Assembly: GCF_006345805.1 (NCBI RefSeq)
Contig: NC_043009.1
Span: 34,844,001 to 34,908,000 of the forward strand
Source of the DNA: Octopus sinensis
Taxonomy: Eukaryota
Length of the DNA stretch: 64,000 nucleotides
Direction of reading: 5' to 3'
Shown here: piece after piece, positions 12,806 through 25,902 of the stretch
Layout of the letters: each line of letters begins with the position of its first letter
Position numbering within the stretch: position 1 is the first letter of the stretch
Translations under genes and position numbers: made by a program
Notes under the pieces: generated by a model
The model's input: only the letters and a program-made list of their open reading frames with translations
Databases searched by the model: none
What the model was told of the DNA's origin: nothing

Positions 12806-12864
12806 ATTGTCCTCGGAGTTTCGAATGTAGCGGCGAAGAGCTACAATACATTCTCATCGGCTAT
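12806..12864 (-). ncRNA. Hammerhead-like motif, left arm of the foldback
   Basis: atag CCGATGA gaatg..cattc GAAAC tccga GGA caat; cleavage triplet and stem I are decayed. Confidence 0.5.
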
Positions 12865-13272
12865 TAATGGCAACGGATGCTATAAAAAAAACCGTTGAAT
12901 ATAGGTGAACTTACTCTAACAGATAGAAAAAAAGATAAAAGAAAAAATTGCACGCAACCATATTCTCACAATACATAGACACAATTCTCCTGTGTTCACA
13001 ACGTCTATATACGTACACACTCATACAAACATATGTGTGAATATGTGTGTATGTATGAGTGCGTACATACATATATGTTTGTGTGTGTGTATGTGCATGT
13101 ACGTATACATATTTGTGTAAGTGTGTACGTATGTAGACGTTGTGAACGCAGGAGATTTATGTCTATATATTGTGAGAATATGGTTGCGTGTATTTTTTCT
13201 TTTTTTCTTTTTCTAACTATTAGAGTAATTTCCCTTTTATTCAACGGTTTTTCATAGCGTCTGTTGCAATTA

Positions 13273-13331
13273 ATAGCCGACGAGAATGTATCGTAGCTCT
13301 TCGCTCCGGCATTCGAAACTCCGAGTACTAT
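13273..13331 (+). ncRNA. Type I hammerhead-like motif, right arm of the foldback
   Basis: atag CCGACGA gaatg[21 nt]cattc GAAAC t-ccg-a GTA ctat. Stems I (4 bp), II (5 bp) and III (3 bp) all pair. U4 is replaced by C. Confidence 0.65.
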
Positions 13332-13367
13332 AATGACAACCTTTTACTGTTTGTTCTAAATTATAAC

Positions 13368-13525
13368 ACAGGAGTGTTATTTGCTAACCAACCACATGGT
13401 TCCGGGTTCAGTCCCAGTGTGTGGCATCTTGGGCAAGTGTCTTCTGCTAAGTCCCGGGGTCGATTTGCTCGACTAAAGGCGGTGCTCGAGCATGGTCGCA
13501 GTCAAATGACTGAAACAAGTAAAAA
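13368..13525 (+). mobile_element. SINE family C, internally deleted
   Basis: Head/core joined directly to the tail agtcccggggtcgatttgctcgactaaaggcggtgc. Confidence 0.8.
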
Positions 13526-13639
13526 AAAAATGAATACTACCTGGTGGCAAAATATCACGAAAAAGGTAGAATAATTATTAGTAAATTGAGAAGTGGATAG
13601 TCTGAACCCCGATAGCCCTGGATAAAATACCTTCCAGTA

Positions 13640-14010
13640 TTTACGGTCCAACGGCATTTCATCTTTAGGCTCTGAGTTCAAATTCCGCCGAGGTTGACTT
13701 TGCTTTTCATCATTTCTGATTTGATAAAATAGCAACCAGTAGAGCACTGGCGTCGATGCAATTGACTTGCCCCTTTCCCTGAAATGACTGGCCTTGTGCC
13801 AAAATTTGAAGCTAATATTTATTATAAATTTAGGGTAGCGAGCTGGCAGAAACGTTACCACGCCGGACAAACATGCATAGCAGTATTTCATCGGTCTTTA
13901 CGTTCTCAGTTCAAATGCCACTAAGGTCATTCCAAGGTCTATAAAATAAGTACCAGGTGAGCACCGGGGTTGATGTAAGCGATGTAACTCCTGGCCCCAT
14001 ATTTCAGGCT
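13640..14010 (+). mobile_element. Two SINE family A copies (partial plus near-full)
   Basis: ctgagttcaaattccgccgaggttgactttgc core; gcgagctggcagaaacgttac head. Confidence 0.7.
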
Positions 14011-14305
14011 TTGAAGTATTTAATTATACTACAAGTAGTATTTAGTTATACTACAAGCCTCGTAGTATTTAGTTATGTACCTTCTGAGTTCAAATAGTGC
14101 AAATCTCGTATTTCATTCTTTGGAGGTCAATAACAGACAGCAGTCCATTTAATTGATTATTATTCTTCCCTAAATGTGTTGCATTGTACTAAAATAGCGT
14201 CATTGTTCCGCTTGTGCCGCATTTGATACAATATCTCCCTCGGATGATTTTATAGAAAATGTTGGCCTCTCATACTAAAAAAAAAAATTATGATAGAAGA
14301 CATTG

Positions 14306-14342
<37 letters not shown>

Positions 14343-15294
14343 GTGGGAGAGGTAGAGAGAGAGAGAGAGAAAGAGAGAGTGTGAGAGATGTCAACGTATC
14401 CCATTCAACTACTATAATAAAGCCATGATAAATTGTGGGAAAACTGCATCATCAATACTAATGGTATCACAAAATCCTGATCTGAAATATGGTGTTTTGA
14501 CTTCGTGCCACAAATCATAAGTCTGTCTTTTCTGTACTGTACTCTTTACACATAAGTTATTTTAGATATAAATTAAAAAATTAACTTTAGAAAAAGGTTA
14601 ATATTTGTTGTTAAATCGGTAGGTTTATCCTATCATGAGTACGAAAAAACGAGCGACAATATTAAAAGTACTTGGACGTTTATCTACTCGTAAAATATCA
14701 CGTGGCAGATATACTTTACCACTGTAAATCAATTGTCGCATTATCACACTGTTTTTTTTATAGCTAACATTAATGCTTTCGATTTTTCTTATAGACCAAG
14801 AAAATGAGAGAAACCTGCTTCGATATATTTTACTCAGGGAATCTTTTAAATGCATTATAAAAATAACACCGCCTGTTTTTGTATACAGCTGATAACCATA
14901 CAGCAAGAGGTCACCATCCTACTTGATAATGTTACACTAGATGACTATGTCATATAGAAAGAAGTCCTCTTCTTAACTTCAAGGGCAACATGATAAAATT
15001 AGGGGAGACGATCCTCCAAAAGCAGCTCACTGGATACTGAATTTCTATTCGGTTTCGACCACCAGATATTTCTGCGAAATATTCTTATTGAACGATTAAA
15101 AACTGAACTGAAATTTGTAAAGATTTTGTATGAATAATCAAACTTTTTCTAGGAATTGTATCTCTATATGATATCTTTATCAAATAGAGATCTTCATAAT
15201 TTTCTGTTTTCCTAACAGTAAGTCACTATCAGGACATTCCATACATATAAAAGAAGCGAAGCCGGTGGCTAAATAAAAAAGATTGAACGAATAT

Positions 15295-15510
15295 TCTTTT
15301 CTACTCTAGGTACAAGGTTCGAAATTTTTGGGGAGGGGGTCAGTCGATTAGATCGAGTCAGTACTCAACTGGTACTTAATTTATCGACCCCGAAAGGATC
15401 AAAGGCAAAGTCAACCTGGGCGGAATTTGAACTCAGAAAATAAAGACAGCCAAAATATCGCTTAGCATTTCGCCCGGCGTGCTAAAGTTTCTGTCAGCTC
15501 GCAGCCTTTA
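15295..15510 (-). mobile_element. SINE family A
   Basis: Reverse complement of head and core. Confidence 0.8.
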
Positions 15511-17285
15511 AGATTGATTGAATATTATAAAATAAATAGTTTTCTTCTGAATTATTACGTCTTCTTTAAAATTGCGTTTTATGCATCCAGTATTTTGAAT
15601 CCCGAAACTGATACTACAGCTCATGAATAATTCTTTGGAAAATCATGTCATGAAAAATATCTTCAGGGTATGAAATAAAAGAAGTGGGGGAAAAAACGAT
15701 TCAAGAAATAAATGAAACTGAAAAAATATAAAACCAAGTTTCCTCGCTCTCTCTCTTTATTTTATCATATAATGGAATTCAAAAATCTTGTATTATATAT
15801 CACTGTATTTCTTACTTTCCTTTCATGGTTTTAGGATCTTGCACTAGAAACTTATGCCTTCAGGACAGAAATAAAGGAACTATTGATTTGTAACAGGTTT
15901 CATTTTTAATTTCATTTCGATATTACAGTAAGTCAATAGCACGCTTCTTAAAAATATTTCTTTATTGAAAATGTGATAGAGTGGCTGAATCAGTAGAGTT
16001 TCTTTGCCGATTGCCTCTCCCTTTACATTCTGAATTTAAATCCCTCTGGTGTCGACTTATTGCTTCCTCCTTCCAGAGTCGGTAAGATAAAATATCAATC
16101 AAATACTGACGTTGATTTAATCAACAGCTCTCTTCCACAAAAGCGAGTTGCTTCCTGCCTGTGTTACAAATTTTGTTATTGCTCTCTTGAATAATGATGG
16201 CTGGCTAAACAGGCAGAGCATCGGAAAATGTTTACGCCTCTATATGTCCTGACTGGTCTTTTTACGGAGTTCATTCTCTTGCAAAAATTCAAACCAGTTC
16301 TCTAGTTTCAAAATAAACCATGCTCCATATTTATCTTCTTTTCCCTTACCAAGTCCTTCACTGATAAAGTCAGTGTGGGTTCAATTTTTTCTTAATTTGT
16401 AGTTATCAAAATAAAATACTAGTCAAGTGATAGGAATGAGATGATCCAGTCTACCCTCTACCCAAACTAGCGATCTATTTTTGTTAAAAATAATCACTTG
16501 AGTTATTTAACGAAGGAGATGGAATGACAAGCAAGTCAGTGCCTAATGAAATATCTTGCAATATTTAGAAACGCCCCATTTAGTATGTGTTTAAGAACAG
16601 GAATACGTTACATTATACTACTAGTCAATCTCTGATAGATGAAACAAGTACAACTTCTTTTGAATGGAAAATATGTGACCTTCTTCTAGCAATTTATTGG
16701 TAGTAGAATATATGTAACACAGTTTTTTTTTTTCTGAAAAAATTAGTTTCGGGAATAATATAAACTAATCATTTATATTACATACTATAAAAAATTGGAT
16801 TTGAAGAATTCCAATGTTTTCAAAATAATCATGTAGGTTTTTATACAGTGAATAGGTAATATATCAAACTAACAATTTTCCAGTAACTGAACAAACAGGA
16901 GGGTGAACTTTTGAATCTAAGGATTTATCAGCCGAAATATAGACCTACTAACTCTATAGAAACTATCTAAGAATCCAGAAACGTTCAGAGTTACGTCTCC
17001 AGTCAACAGAATGTTGTTTATTTGAATTATTGTCTCCATATCTGCTCACTTGGATTTCTCTTATAACCATTCTTTACACTGCTGACTTAGTCATCGGTAG
17101 AGATATAGGAGTATAACCATTACAACGTGTTTTCTATATTGAGATTCTTTCACTTTTTTTCTGTTGGTTACATTTATTCATTGATGTTCAACTAGTTCGA
17201 GAGCAACCGGCGATGATAACACAGCAAAAATAATCCGAGGAGGAAATACTCCTCTTAGATTTCTTATGTAGATAGACATTATGTC

Positions 17286-19824
17286 TAACCAGTTAATGCC
17301 TGAAATAAAATTAAAAAAATTTTTGATTACATTCATTGATATATCATATGCTGGGCATGTAATTTTAAAATAAGGATGAAGTATAAGAGTGTTTAATCTC
17401 ATTTATTTGTTTTACAAAAAATTTCTAATGACAGGCAAATATATTTCTAAGAGGAATACCATTTATTGCTGAAAATTAAGAAAGCATGTCTAGGGTGTTG
17501 GCTTACATACATTTAATGCAAACAAATTTGCTGCATTTTCCACAAGCTGCGCATCGCCTTTGAGTTTCAATTTTGTTGACAAGGTGGTTTCTGTTATCGA
17601 ATCGTGCCACTTGCGGAACTTGCTTCTTTATTTTAGGACGTACCACTCTCTTCTTTTCTAAATCTGGTGCAGCAAGCAATGCAGTAACTATTTGCCTTGT
17701 AAATTCCAGTACAGAAATATTCGTCTGAATGCGGCGGAAAAGTATCCATAAATTTACAATGCTTCCGTTGAGGCAAAATCTAAACAAAGGCAAATATCAT
17801 TTTCTTGATCGTATTCTAATTCGATAATGACTTCTTAGTTTGTCAAATAGATCGACACCACCCATTTGTTTGTTATATAGCTTCACAATATTTGTTTGAA
17901 GTACAGATACTCTATTTCTCTCAGATTCTTTCCATCATTTACAGTTGCCAACATCAAAAACCTCATCTTACAAATTAGTTACAAGATTTACTTGGTTATT
18001 ATCAAACCATCTTATGGAGCTAATTCCATTCTCTTATCTCCATTCTCCTTATCCTCAACTGCACAGCAAGCGCTTCGCGTAGCTTCGCTTATATCCTGTA
18101 GCAGTGCCTTTTCGAATAGTCCCAACACAAAAGAAACTATTGTTTGATAAGGCATCGATCAAATGTAGAGAAGTGAAACAGTTGTCCATATAAATTCATG
18201 ATCCTACTGGTACAAATTTTAAAAATAATTTTTCGGTAACTGAAGAACCAAGTGTTTTACCTGTACCTGTGTAAGAATAAAATTTCACTAAGAATCTATC
18301 TGGTCTGGCAAGGCACCAAAACTTGGGCTTGCCTCTTATAAACTGTTTCAATCCCAGATGCCCATAATAAGGCTCTATTGCTTCATCAAGGCAGAAATGG
18401 TTGCCCATTGATTCTACAAATTGGCAAAATTTATCATTTAGATGATCTAAAAATGGCCTAACCTTACTGACTTTATCACAAGGATCGAGTTTACTGTTGT
18501 CATTGAAATACAGATATTGATGTATTTTCTCAAACGTATTTCTAGACATTGCATGACTAAATGGTTGTTTGAATCTGATCTAGCCTCCATGTACATTTTT
18601 CTGCAGGGTAGTTTATCATAGCCAGCTAATAAAAGGATTCCCTGCAAATCTCATTTTTGTGCAGTATATTTAACGGTTCTCTGCAAATACGATTCATAAT
18701 ATTTTCAGAGAAGCACTCCTTGAAGACGTCAGTTGCCTCAGACTTGTTGCCTCTAAATTTTGTCATAATCGAAGGTTCAGTTACACTGGAATCACAATCG
18801 TACTTTGCAGAGGACTGTTTCAATGGTTTTATTATTACATTTCCGAGAACTTTTTTTTTGTGTAAACAGTGCTACTTAACAGAGCTTAGTGTCACCACCT
18901 TGTCTACACCGAGAACCTCAACACCAGCTATACTATATGCTCTGACCTCATCTTTCTCTACAATAATGCCTCCAGCAATGTCTCGCAAATTTGCTGAAGA
19001 TTCTTCGCTGTCACTTGAAACATCATCTTTATCTGAATCATTGCCATCATTTGGTGGATAAAGTACCAGTTGAAGCTCATCAGCATGATCAATTTCCTCA
19101 ATAAAATGTTCAGTACCATCACCAGATTCGATTATATGTAGAATTTCTTCAGTGTCTCTTTCACCATCAAGTTTTCTCTTAGATATATTTAATGATCTAG
19201 ATACATATATATTTCACTTGCTCTTATGCAAACATTAGTTTCTAGTAAATAGGCTACTTTTTATGAAGAAAATAAATAGATATAGAAAATTTAAGATTCA
19301 AGAGCTAAATATTTTAATTTACAATTGTTTAAAATTTTTTTGGTTTATTGATAACAGAATTAACGATTGTACCTTCAAACCGGAAAAACTTAATTTTGAA
19401 ATGTACACACGGATTCCCATCGTATAGTTTATTATACACACATATACAAACGTTAATAAATCGCAACTTTATTTACGTAGATTACTAATACCTGTTTGGT
19501 TTGCAAAAATAATGTTTACTTAATAAAAAATACAAAAGCAAAATAAAATATTGCAAAACCTTTAAAGCATACAAATAAAAAAACTTCCCACCGATAGCAC
19601 TTCTTCCTCATTTCAAAATTTGACACTGAAAGAAACGAGTCTAGAACAATGTATAAATGATAAAATTATGGCTTTGATGCCAAATATTGCCTGGTAGGTT
19701 ATTATTCTTTATCTCCAGAGAGGCTTTTGATGCCTAAATTTATGAAATTATTTTATATGAATATTTTCGTCTGAAATAAAAAAAAAGCGTATGATAAATC
19801 ATAGGCTGGGCAATAATGGGTTAC
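17286..19824 (-). mobile_element. Degenerate piggyBac transposon (termini approximate)
   Basis: Contains a transposase pseudogene. Candidate decayed ends are taaccagttaatgcc (17286) and gggcaataatgggtta (19808-19823). Confidence 0.7.
17503..19200 (-). pseudogene. piggyBac (PGBD2/3-like) transposase pseudogene with frameshifts and stops
   Basis: LYPPNDGNDSDKDD N-terminus; MSRNTFEKIHQYLYFNDN..KVRPFLDHLN..CLDEAIEPYYGHLGLKQFIRGKP; C-terminal RRCAACGKCSKFVCIKC Cys-rich domain. Confidence 0.9.
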
Positions 19825-20220
19825 GCTGTGAATGACGCATCAGATTGTGTTTCTACATTGGAGAGACTGATTCTTCCTGCACATGACCAATGTTTTATCA
19901 CAAGTAGTTAAAAGACCAAAACAATGAAAATGGATCCTATTATCAAATACAGAATGACCTACCAGCTCAGCATCTCCGACTGCCCAATCCCAATCCTAAT
20001 TCTCGGTAGTTGGTTTCATCAAATACGAAACAATTGTTCTCTCTCCACTCTGTCTGAAAAATCTTTATTCATTGGTAGAACTTGTCAGTGTTATCAATTA
20101 TATTTAAATTGCTAGGAAGCTGGTTTCATTGTATCTTCATTGAGGGATAGAAGTAGTCCCTTGGATGTTTCTACTTGCTGGAGAGAAAATTATTACTCCT
20201 ATCTCTAGGTTGGTTTCTTC

Positions 20221-21469
20221 TATCAGGTCATCTCATAAGTTCTGTCCGAACTTTGAATAAAGAAAACAAGTGATCAAATGTTATATTTAGTTGAAATTTA
20301 AACATCAATGTACTTTGCCTGATTATCTATGACGTCATTCCATCTATTTACAAGCTTTTTAATCCCATCAGCGTAAAACTCTTTTTGATTCAAAGCGAAG
20401 AACTCTGAATTGTCGTTTTCTACCTCCTCCCGGCTTGCGAAAGTTATGCTTCCCAAATGATTCTGTACACTACGAAACAAATGGTAGCCTGAAGGAGCAA
20501 GGTCAGGAGAATAAGGTAAATGGGGAATTTTTCCCCCAACCAAGCTCTTCGATCTTCTGTGATGTGATCTTTGCAGTGTGGGGTCGCGCATTGTCCTGAT
20601 GATTGGTTCAAACGCTCTAATTGCTGACAGTAGACTTGAGCATTGATTGTTGCATTAGGTGGTAACAATTCTAAGTGAATTACTCCCTTACAATCCCTCC
20701 AGATAGAGATAAGAACCTTTTTCCGATGAAGTTACCTTCTCGGTTGTGGTTGAGTTTTTTTTCCTTTTACCAAACCACTGTTTACGACATTTAATATTTC
20801 AATAGAAGATCCATTTCTCGTCACCAGTCACAAGTCTATCTAAAAAAGGTGAAATGAGTTCGCGAGAATGGAGAGAAGAGCAGATGTCAACTCAGGATTT
20901 GCGGTTGCTTTCGGGCAATTCATGAGGCATCCATTTTCCAAGTTTAGGAACCTTTGCAAGTTGTAGAAAATGACGATCAACAGTTGTATGGTTTGAACTA
21001 AGCTTTTACTCTCAATTCTTTAACTGATAATGCAGGATTTTCTTCAAGTAATGCCTCAAGGAGCTTATCATCAAACTCAACTGGACGTCCTATTCGATTT
21101 TCATCTTCAAGGCTGAAATCTCCACTTCTGAATTTTGCAAACCATCTTCTGCAAGTTTTTTTTTTATTCAAGCATTCTTTCCCATAAACCGAGTGTATGT
21201 TTCGAGTCGCTTCGGCTGCAGAGTTTCCTTTTTTTGTACTCATAAAGCATTATGTGCTTCAAATGCTCTTTGGATACTTCCATGTTAGAAAGGGTTTTAA
21301 TCAAAGAAATTTTAATTCTATTATTCTGTAAAATAATGTTTAATTAGTTTAAATGTACACAAATGCATAAAAATAATTTTTAATTCCATTAGACATTCTA
21401 AAATACTATTAAATTTCATTCAATTTTAAAAAAGGTAAAATCGGACAGAACTTATGGGATGACCTGATA
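20221..21469 (-). mobile_element. Near full-length mariner transposon with TIRs and TA target duplication
   Basis: TIRs tatcaggtcatctcataagttctgtccga (20221-20249) and tcggacagaacttatgggatgacctgata (21441-21469). Confidence 0.95.
20298..21283 (-). pseudogene. Mariner transposase pseudogene
   Basis: MEVSKEHLKHIMLYEYKKGNSAAEATRNI; LVTGDEKW; QDNARPH; YSPDLAPSGY (third catalytic D appears as G); stops, frameshifts and an internal deletion. Confidence 0.92.
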
Positions 21470-21751
21470 TTATTATTTGTGAGTTGCCCCTATTCATAGT
21501 TTGAGAACGGTTTGCTTCCAAGTGAGAAGTTAGTTTTGAGTGTTCTTTCAGATGTTTATAGTTTGATCTAGTTGGATGTTTATTCATGTCTGCATATGTA
21601 TTTGTTATAGATTTTTTCAGGAAGAGTTTATCAGAATTGTATTCTCTTTTAAACTGAGTTTCGTTATTAAGGAATAAATTAACACTGCTTTCCTACCGTT
21701 GAATGGAATTTATTTCTTCCGACTCACAGCTTTCTTCCCATAGTCTGATAA

Positions 21752-23019
21752 TGTAGGGTGGAGCAGAGAGGACCGACGTTTTTGAAAAATTCACAAAATC
21801 ATTAATTTTACCTGCAAACAAATTTTATTGATATCAATGTGTTTGTATTGAATTTGCATTTGTCAAAATTAAGTGTTGAAAACAACACCCGCCATGTGCA
21901 TTGATGCATTTTCTGAAGGCGTTATTGGAAGTTGGCCTCCACTCTCTCCAGCAATGCTCTGTCGATTTGGGCGATTTGTATGCGAATAGCTTCCTTCAAA
22001 TTAACCAATGTACGAGGTTTATGCGCTTATACACGTGCCTTGAAGTTTCGCCACAAGAAATAATCACACAGGGGACCGAAGGGGCCAAGGAATGTCAGCA
22101 TACCTGGAAATGAGGTGGTCACCGAAGAGAGGGCGAAGAACTTCTAATGATGCTCTGGCTGCATGACCGTTGCCCCATCCTGCTGAAACCACACACGTCG
22201 AATAAGTTTACGTTTTCGTCGTAATTCGGGCGCAAAGAAGTTATCATCTCGCTGTAACGCACGGAGTTCACAGTAACAGCATTCCCATGATTGTCTTCAA
22301 AAGACGTAAGGACCAATGACAGCAGCTTTTCCAACAGCACACAAGACCGTCACTTATGGGTTGTGCAGTGGTCTTTCGTGCAGTTCTCTCGGATTTTCAA
22401 GATCCCAATAACAACAGTTCTGATGATTCACCATGCCACTGAGATGAAAATAAGCTTCATCACTCATTAACAAAATGAGGTTATCATTTAACTCTAAAAT
22501 TGCTTCTATATGACGTGTTAAGCCGCTGTGCAGGTGCTTTCAATGACCAATTTGTACGGGTGAAAATGCAGGTCTACATGCAAAATATACCTTACCGATC
22601 GATTGCCGATGCCAAATTAAGTGGGATGCCACCGAGCAGATTCTGACTCCCTATCAAAGCTTGTCTGGCGCTTTCCACATTTTCCGTGGTCCGTACCGTT
22701 CGGGGTACCCACACTAGTCTCCTATTCATTAGTGTACCTCGTGTAAGATTGTGCTACAGGTGGGAACAGACTGATTTCGTAAAATGTTGAAGTGGCACCA
22801 ATTTTCACGCTGAGTTGCTGTGACGCACTCGTTATTCTTCACGTAACTGTCGTAGGCAAACATGCGATGCTCTATCGTCCACAGCGCCATGTCTTCACCT
22901 GAAAAGAACAAATGCTGAGACACTACAGATCGAATGGTACCTGTGGGACATATGTCCCTCCTCCTGGGGCTGAGTAATAGCCATTTCAAAAACGTCCGTC
23001 CTTTCTACCCCAACGTGTA
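21752..23019 (-). mobile_element. Tc1/mariner-superfamily element with a DUF4817-type HTH N-terminus (rosa/DD41D-like), decayed
   Basis: ~36-bp TIRs (agggtggagcagagaggaccgacgtttttgaaa / tttcaaaaacgtccgtcctttctaccccaacgtgta). ATG at 22890 gives MALWTIEHRMFAYDSYVKNNECVTATQRE. EDNHGNAVTVNSVRYSEM and FQQDGA-like motifs follow. Confidence 0.85.
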
Positions 23020-23274
23020 CTTTCCAAAAGTTGTTCATCAATATGTTTAGTGAGTTCGGTATAGATTTCTTCATCGATGGTTTTATATTTTTGTTCAGTG
23101 TTCGACGCTCTAAGTTTAAGTGACTCAATTTCTATTTTAATTTTCTCTGGCGCTAATTTCTCCTTAAATTGTCTGTGTTGTTCGGGCTCTTCAAGATTGG
23201 TCTAATTTGTAGTTTGCGTGATAGAATTAATGGCGTTGAGTTCAGTTTATATATATATATACATATATATTATT

Positions 23275-23443
23275 GGCGCAGGCGTAGCTGTGTTGTAAGA
23301 AGTTTGACTAAGTTTTCTTCTATAATCTCGGGCCGACCAAAACTTTATGAGTGAATTTTGTAGATGGAAGCTGAAAGAAGACGGTCGTATGTGTGTGTGT
23401 CTTGTATATATATATACATACATATATGAAATATATGTGTGTA

Positions 23444-23507
<64 letters not shown>

Positions 23508-23690
23508 TATATGAATATATATGACGGGATTCTTTCAGTTTCCTTCCACCAAATCCACTCACAAAGCTTTACTCGGCCCGAGGCTATAGTAGAAGACACC
23601 TGCCCAAGGAGCCATGCACTGTGACTGAACCCGGAACCATGTGATTGGTAAGCAAGCTGCTTACCATACATCCGCTCTTGCGCCTATATA
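23275..23690. mobile_element. Cluster of SINE family C fragments in both orientations
   Basis: Plus head at 23275-23345; minus copies at 23340-23420 and 23523-23687. Confidence 0.75.
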
Positions 23691-23719
23691 TATATATCTA
23701 TATATTTATGTATATATAA

Positions 23720-24545
23720 AGTAAACAACAGGTTTCACGGTGCGCCGCATAAATAAATCAAAAGTTGAACAGAAAGAACACAACAAGGTGAAAACACCGC
23801 AAGCAGAAATCCAGCAAAAAAGTTACATATTGAAAACTAGACGATAACATAACAAACAGGAAAGTGGACAAAAACAAGTTACACGGACCATTGGTAGCCG
23901 AATTCCGCGTCAGCCAATGTCGGAATGTTCTAGCTGTTTCGTGCTTTTTAGCATTCAGATGGTTCGATTCCGGTAAGCGCTAGAGTATTAAGCTTCTGGG
24001 AAAAGTAAACGAATGTATACAAGAACAAAAACAAGAGCAAGAAAGCTAAAAAAAAATACCTATACAATATAACATGACGAAAGAATAATAGATGTGCAAC
24101 AGAAAAGAATCATACATATACAACAGAAAAACGCCTTTCGGCTATACATCATAGAGTAAATAATTATATATTTAGTAGATGAATAAATAACAGAAAGAGT
24201 CTTTCGACTATCAGACGAACGTTGTAGGTTGGCGCAGAGGAGAACTGTAAAGTCTAACAGATTGCGCAGGAGAACAGACGAACGTGACCAGACTGGACGT
24301 TGGCTGGCCGATAAAGAACTGCAATACCCTGAATAGTCACAGATCACGTGGTAGAAGAGGGAAAGAGTTGTAGAGGGGAGAGGGGAGGGGGTAAAAAAAG
24401 GGACTAAGGTATGAGAGAGAGGGAGAAGGAATCAAGAGCAAATCGCAGAAGGTCCTCTGATTGCTTGCGGAAGACGACTTCCAAGCCGGACTCGAAAAGT
24501 GGCACTAAAGCTGGGACCGGTGTACTGCTGCGCAAAATGACTATT
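23720..24545 (-). mobile_element. Probable PLE 3' end and pLTR remnant with decayed hammerhead cores
   Basis: Pyrimidine-rich minus strand; decayed cores ctgaatgctaaaaagcacgaaac (~23935-23960) and ctgatagtcgaaagac (~24198-24214). Confidence 0.4.
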
Positions 24546-24622
24546 TTGAAGGAAATGATGCTAAAACTTACTTCAATAATTTAATTTTTATTAAATATTA
24601 CTAGTTCTGGAAAGTTTTGATA

Positions 24623-24701
<79 letters not shown>

Positions 24702-24844
24702 TTATTAAATTAGAGATAAAACCACCTTTAGGCAAATCAAACAGTGAAAAACATAAGCCAATACATAAAATTAATTTAAAAATATAAAAGTTAAAAATAA
24801 AAAATTCTTTAAATAATTTAAACTTATAAAGTTTATATATATAT

Positions 24845-24913
<69 letters not shown>

Positions 24914-24968
24914 TTTTTTTTATATATATCAAAAGTATTAAAAGTTTAATAAAAGATAAAGAGTAAAA

Positions 24969-25061
24969 CACTACGATCGTTTCATGGCTGTACCAATTCC
25001 AATAACAATATTTTAAATTCAATTAATAATTTAAGTTATGGTTACAGTCAATCTTCAGGTT
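24969..25061 (-). ncRNA. Hammerhead-like motif in a PLE pLTR remnant
   Basis: ac CTGAAGA t tgactgta...tacagcca t GAAAC GATC GTA gt; same ACGATCGT helix III as 4274-4352. Confidence 0.55.
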
Positions 25062-25068
25062 AATTGAA

Positions 25069-25109
<41 letters not shown>

Positions 25110-25505
25110 AAGAATGTAACGATCAAGAAAATGAATGATTATGACCCATTTATGTGCACAGTCTGTGACAGACCATGCCTGTCTTTTGCTGACCTCAAAT
25201 CACATCTGCGAATGCATGGAAAACGAACCTCCACCAACTATTCGGCCTATACGTCTGTGCACACCTTTGAATGCAGTATATGCCAGAAGGTTTGCAAATC
25301 CAAAGGAGGCCTCAAAATACATTATAAGATCCTCAAAGAGCAGAACTTATCTGCAGCTCTTGATGGTTGCAATCTATGTGGGTGTCTTTTCAGAACATTG
25401 TCTGGTTTAAAAAGCCACATCAGATGCCAAGATGGTGCTAAGTTGTAGGTGCAGGAGGTGGTCAAATTCTGCATAAGGAGTAGACAGCCACCATGATACC
25501 ATATA
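25110..25505 (+). mobile_element. 3' end of an RTE-type LINE ORF with three C2H2-like zinc fingers
   Basis: CTVCDRPCLSFADLKSHLRMH, CSICQKVCKSKGGLKIHYKI, CNLCGCLFRTLSGLKSHIRC; no TGEKP linkers; bounded by (TA)n. Confidence 0.6.
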
Positions 25506-25538
25506 CATATACATACATATATATCATACATATATATC

Positions 25539-25605
<67 letters not shown>

Positions 25606-25853
25606 ATGTGTGTGTGTGTGTATAAATATATATTCATAATGAAGGCTACTAGGGTAGTAGCAGCAATGCTAAAAATAGGAGTGGAATTTACTCAAAACCA
25701 CAGTTTTCATTTGTACACACTGGGTAATTCCATGGAATGGGCAAACTATAACAACCCAAGTTACCATTAACGAAAAATTCCTAAATGAAAAAAGCCCTTG
25801 TCCATGCCATGCAGTACGTATATGTATGTATATATATATATTATATATATATA

Positions 25854-25902
<49 letters not shown>

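Larger units (their letters stand above)
12774..13367. repeat. Long foldback: ~260-bp inverted arms around a ~70-bp TG/TA spacer
   Basis: 12774-13035 is the reverse complement of 13105-13367 (roughly 80-85% identity by eye). Confidence 0.92.

Noticed and set aside
14625-14990. Possible PLE GIY-YIG remnant on the minus strand (WSIRKIES..)
   Set aside because: Similarity is too faint to support without a search.
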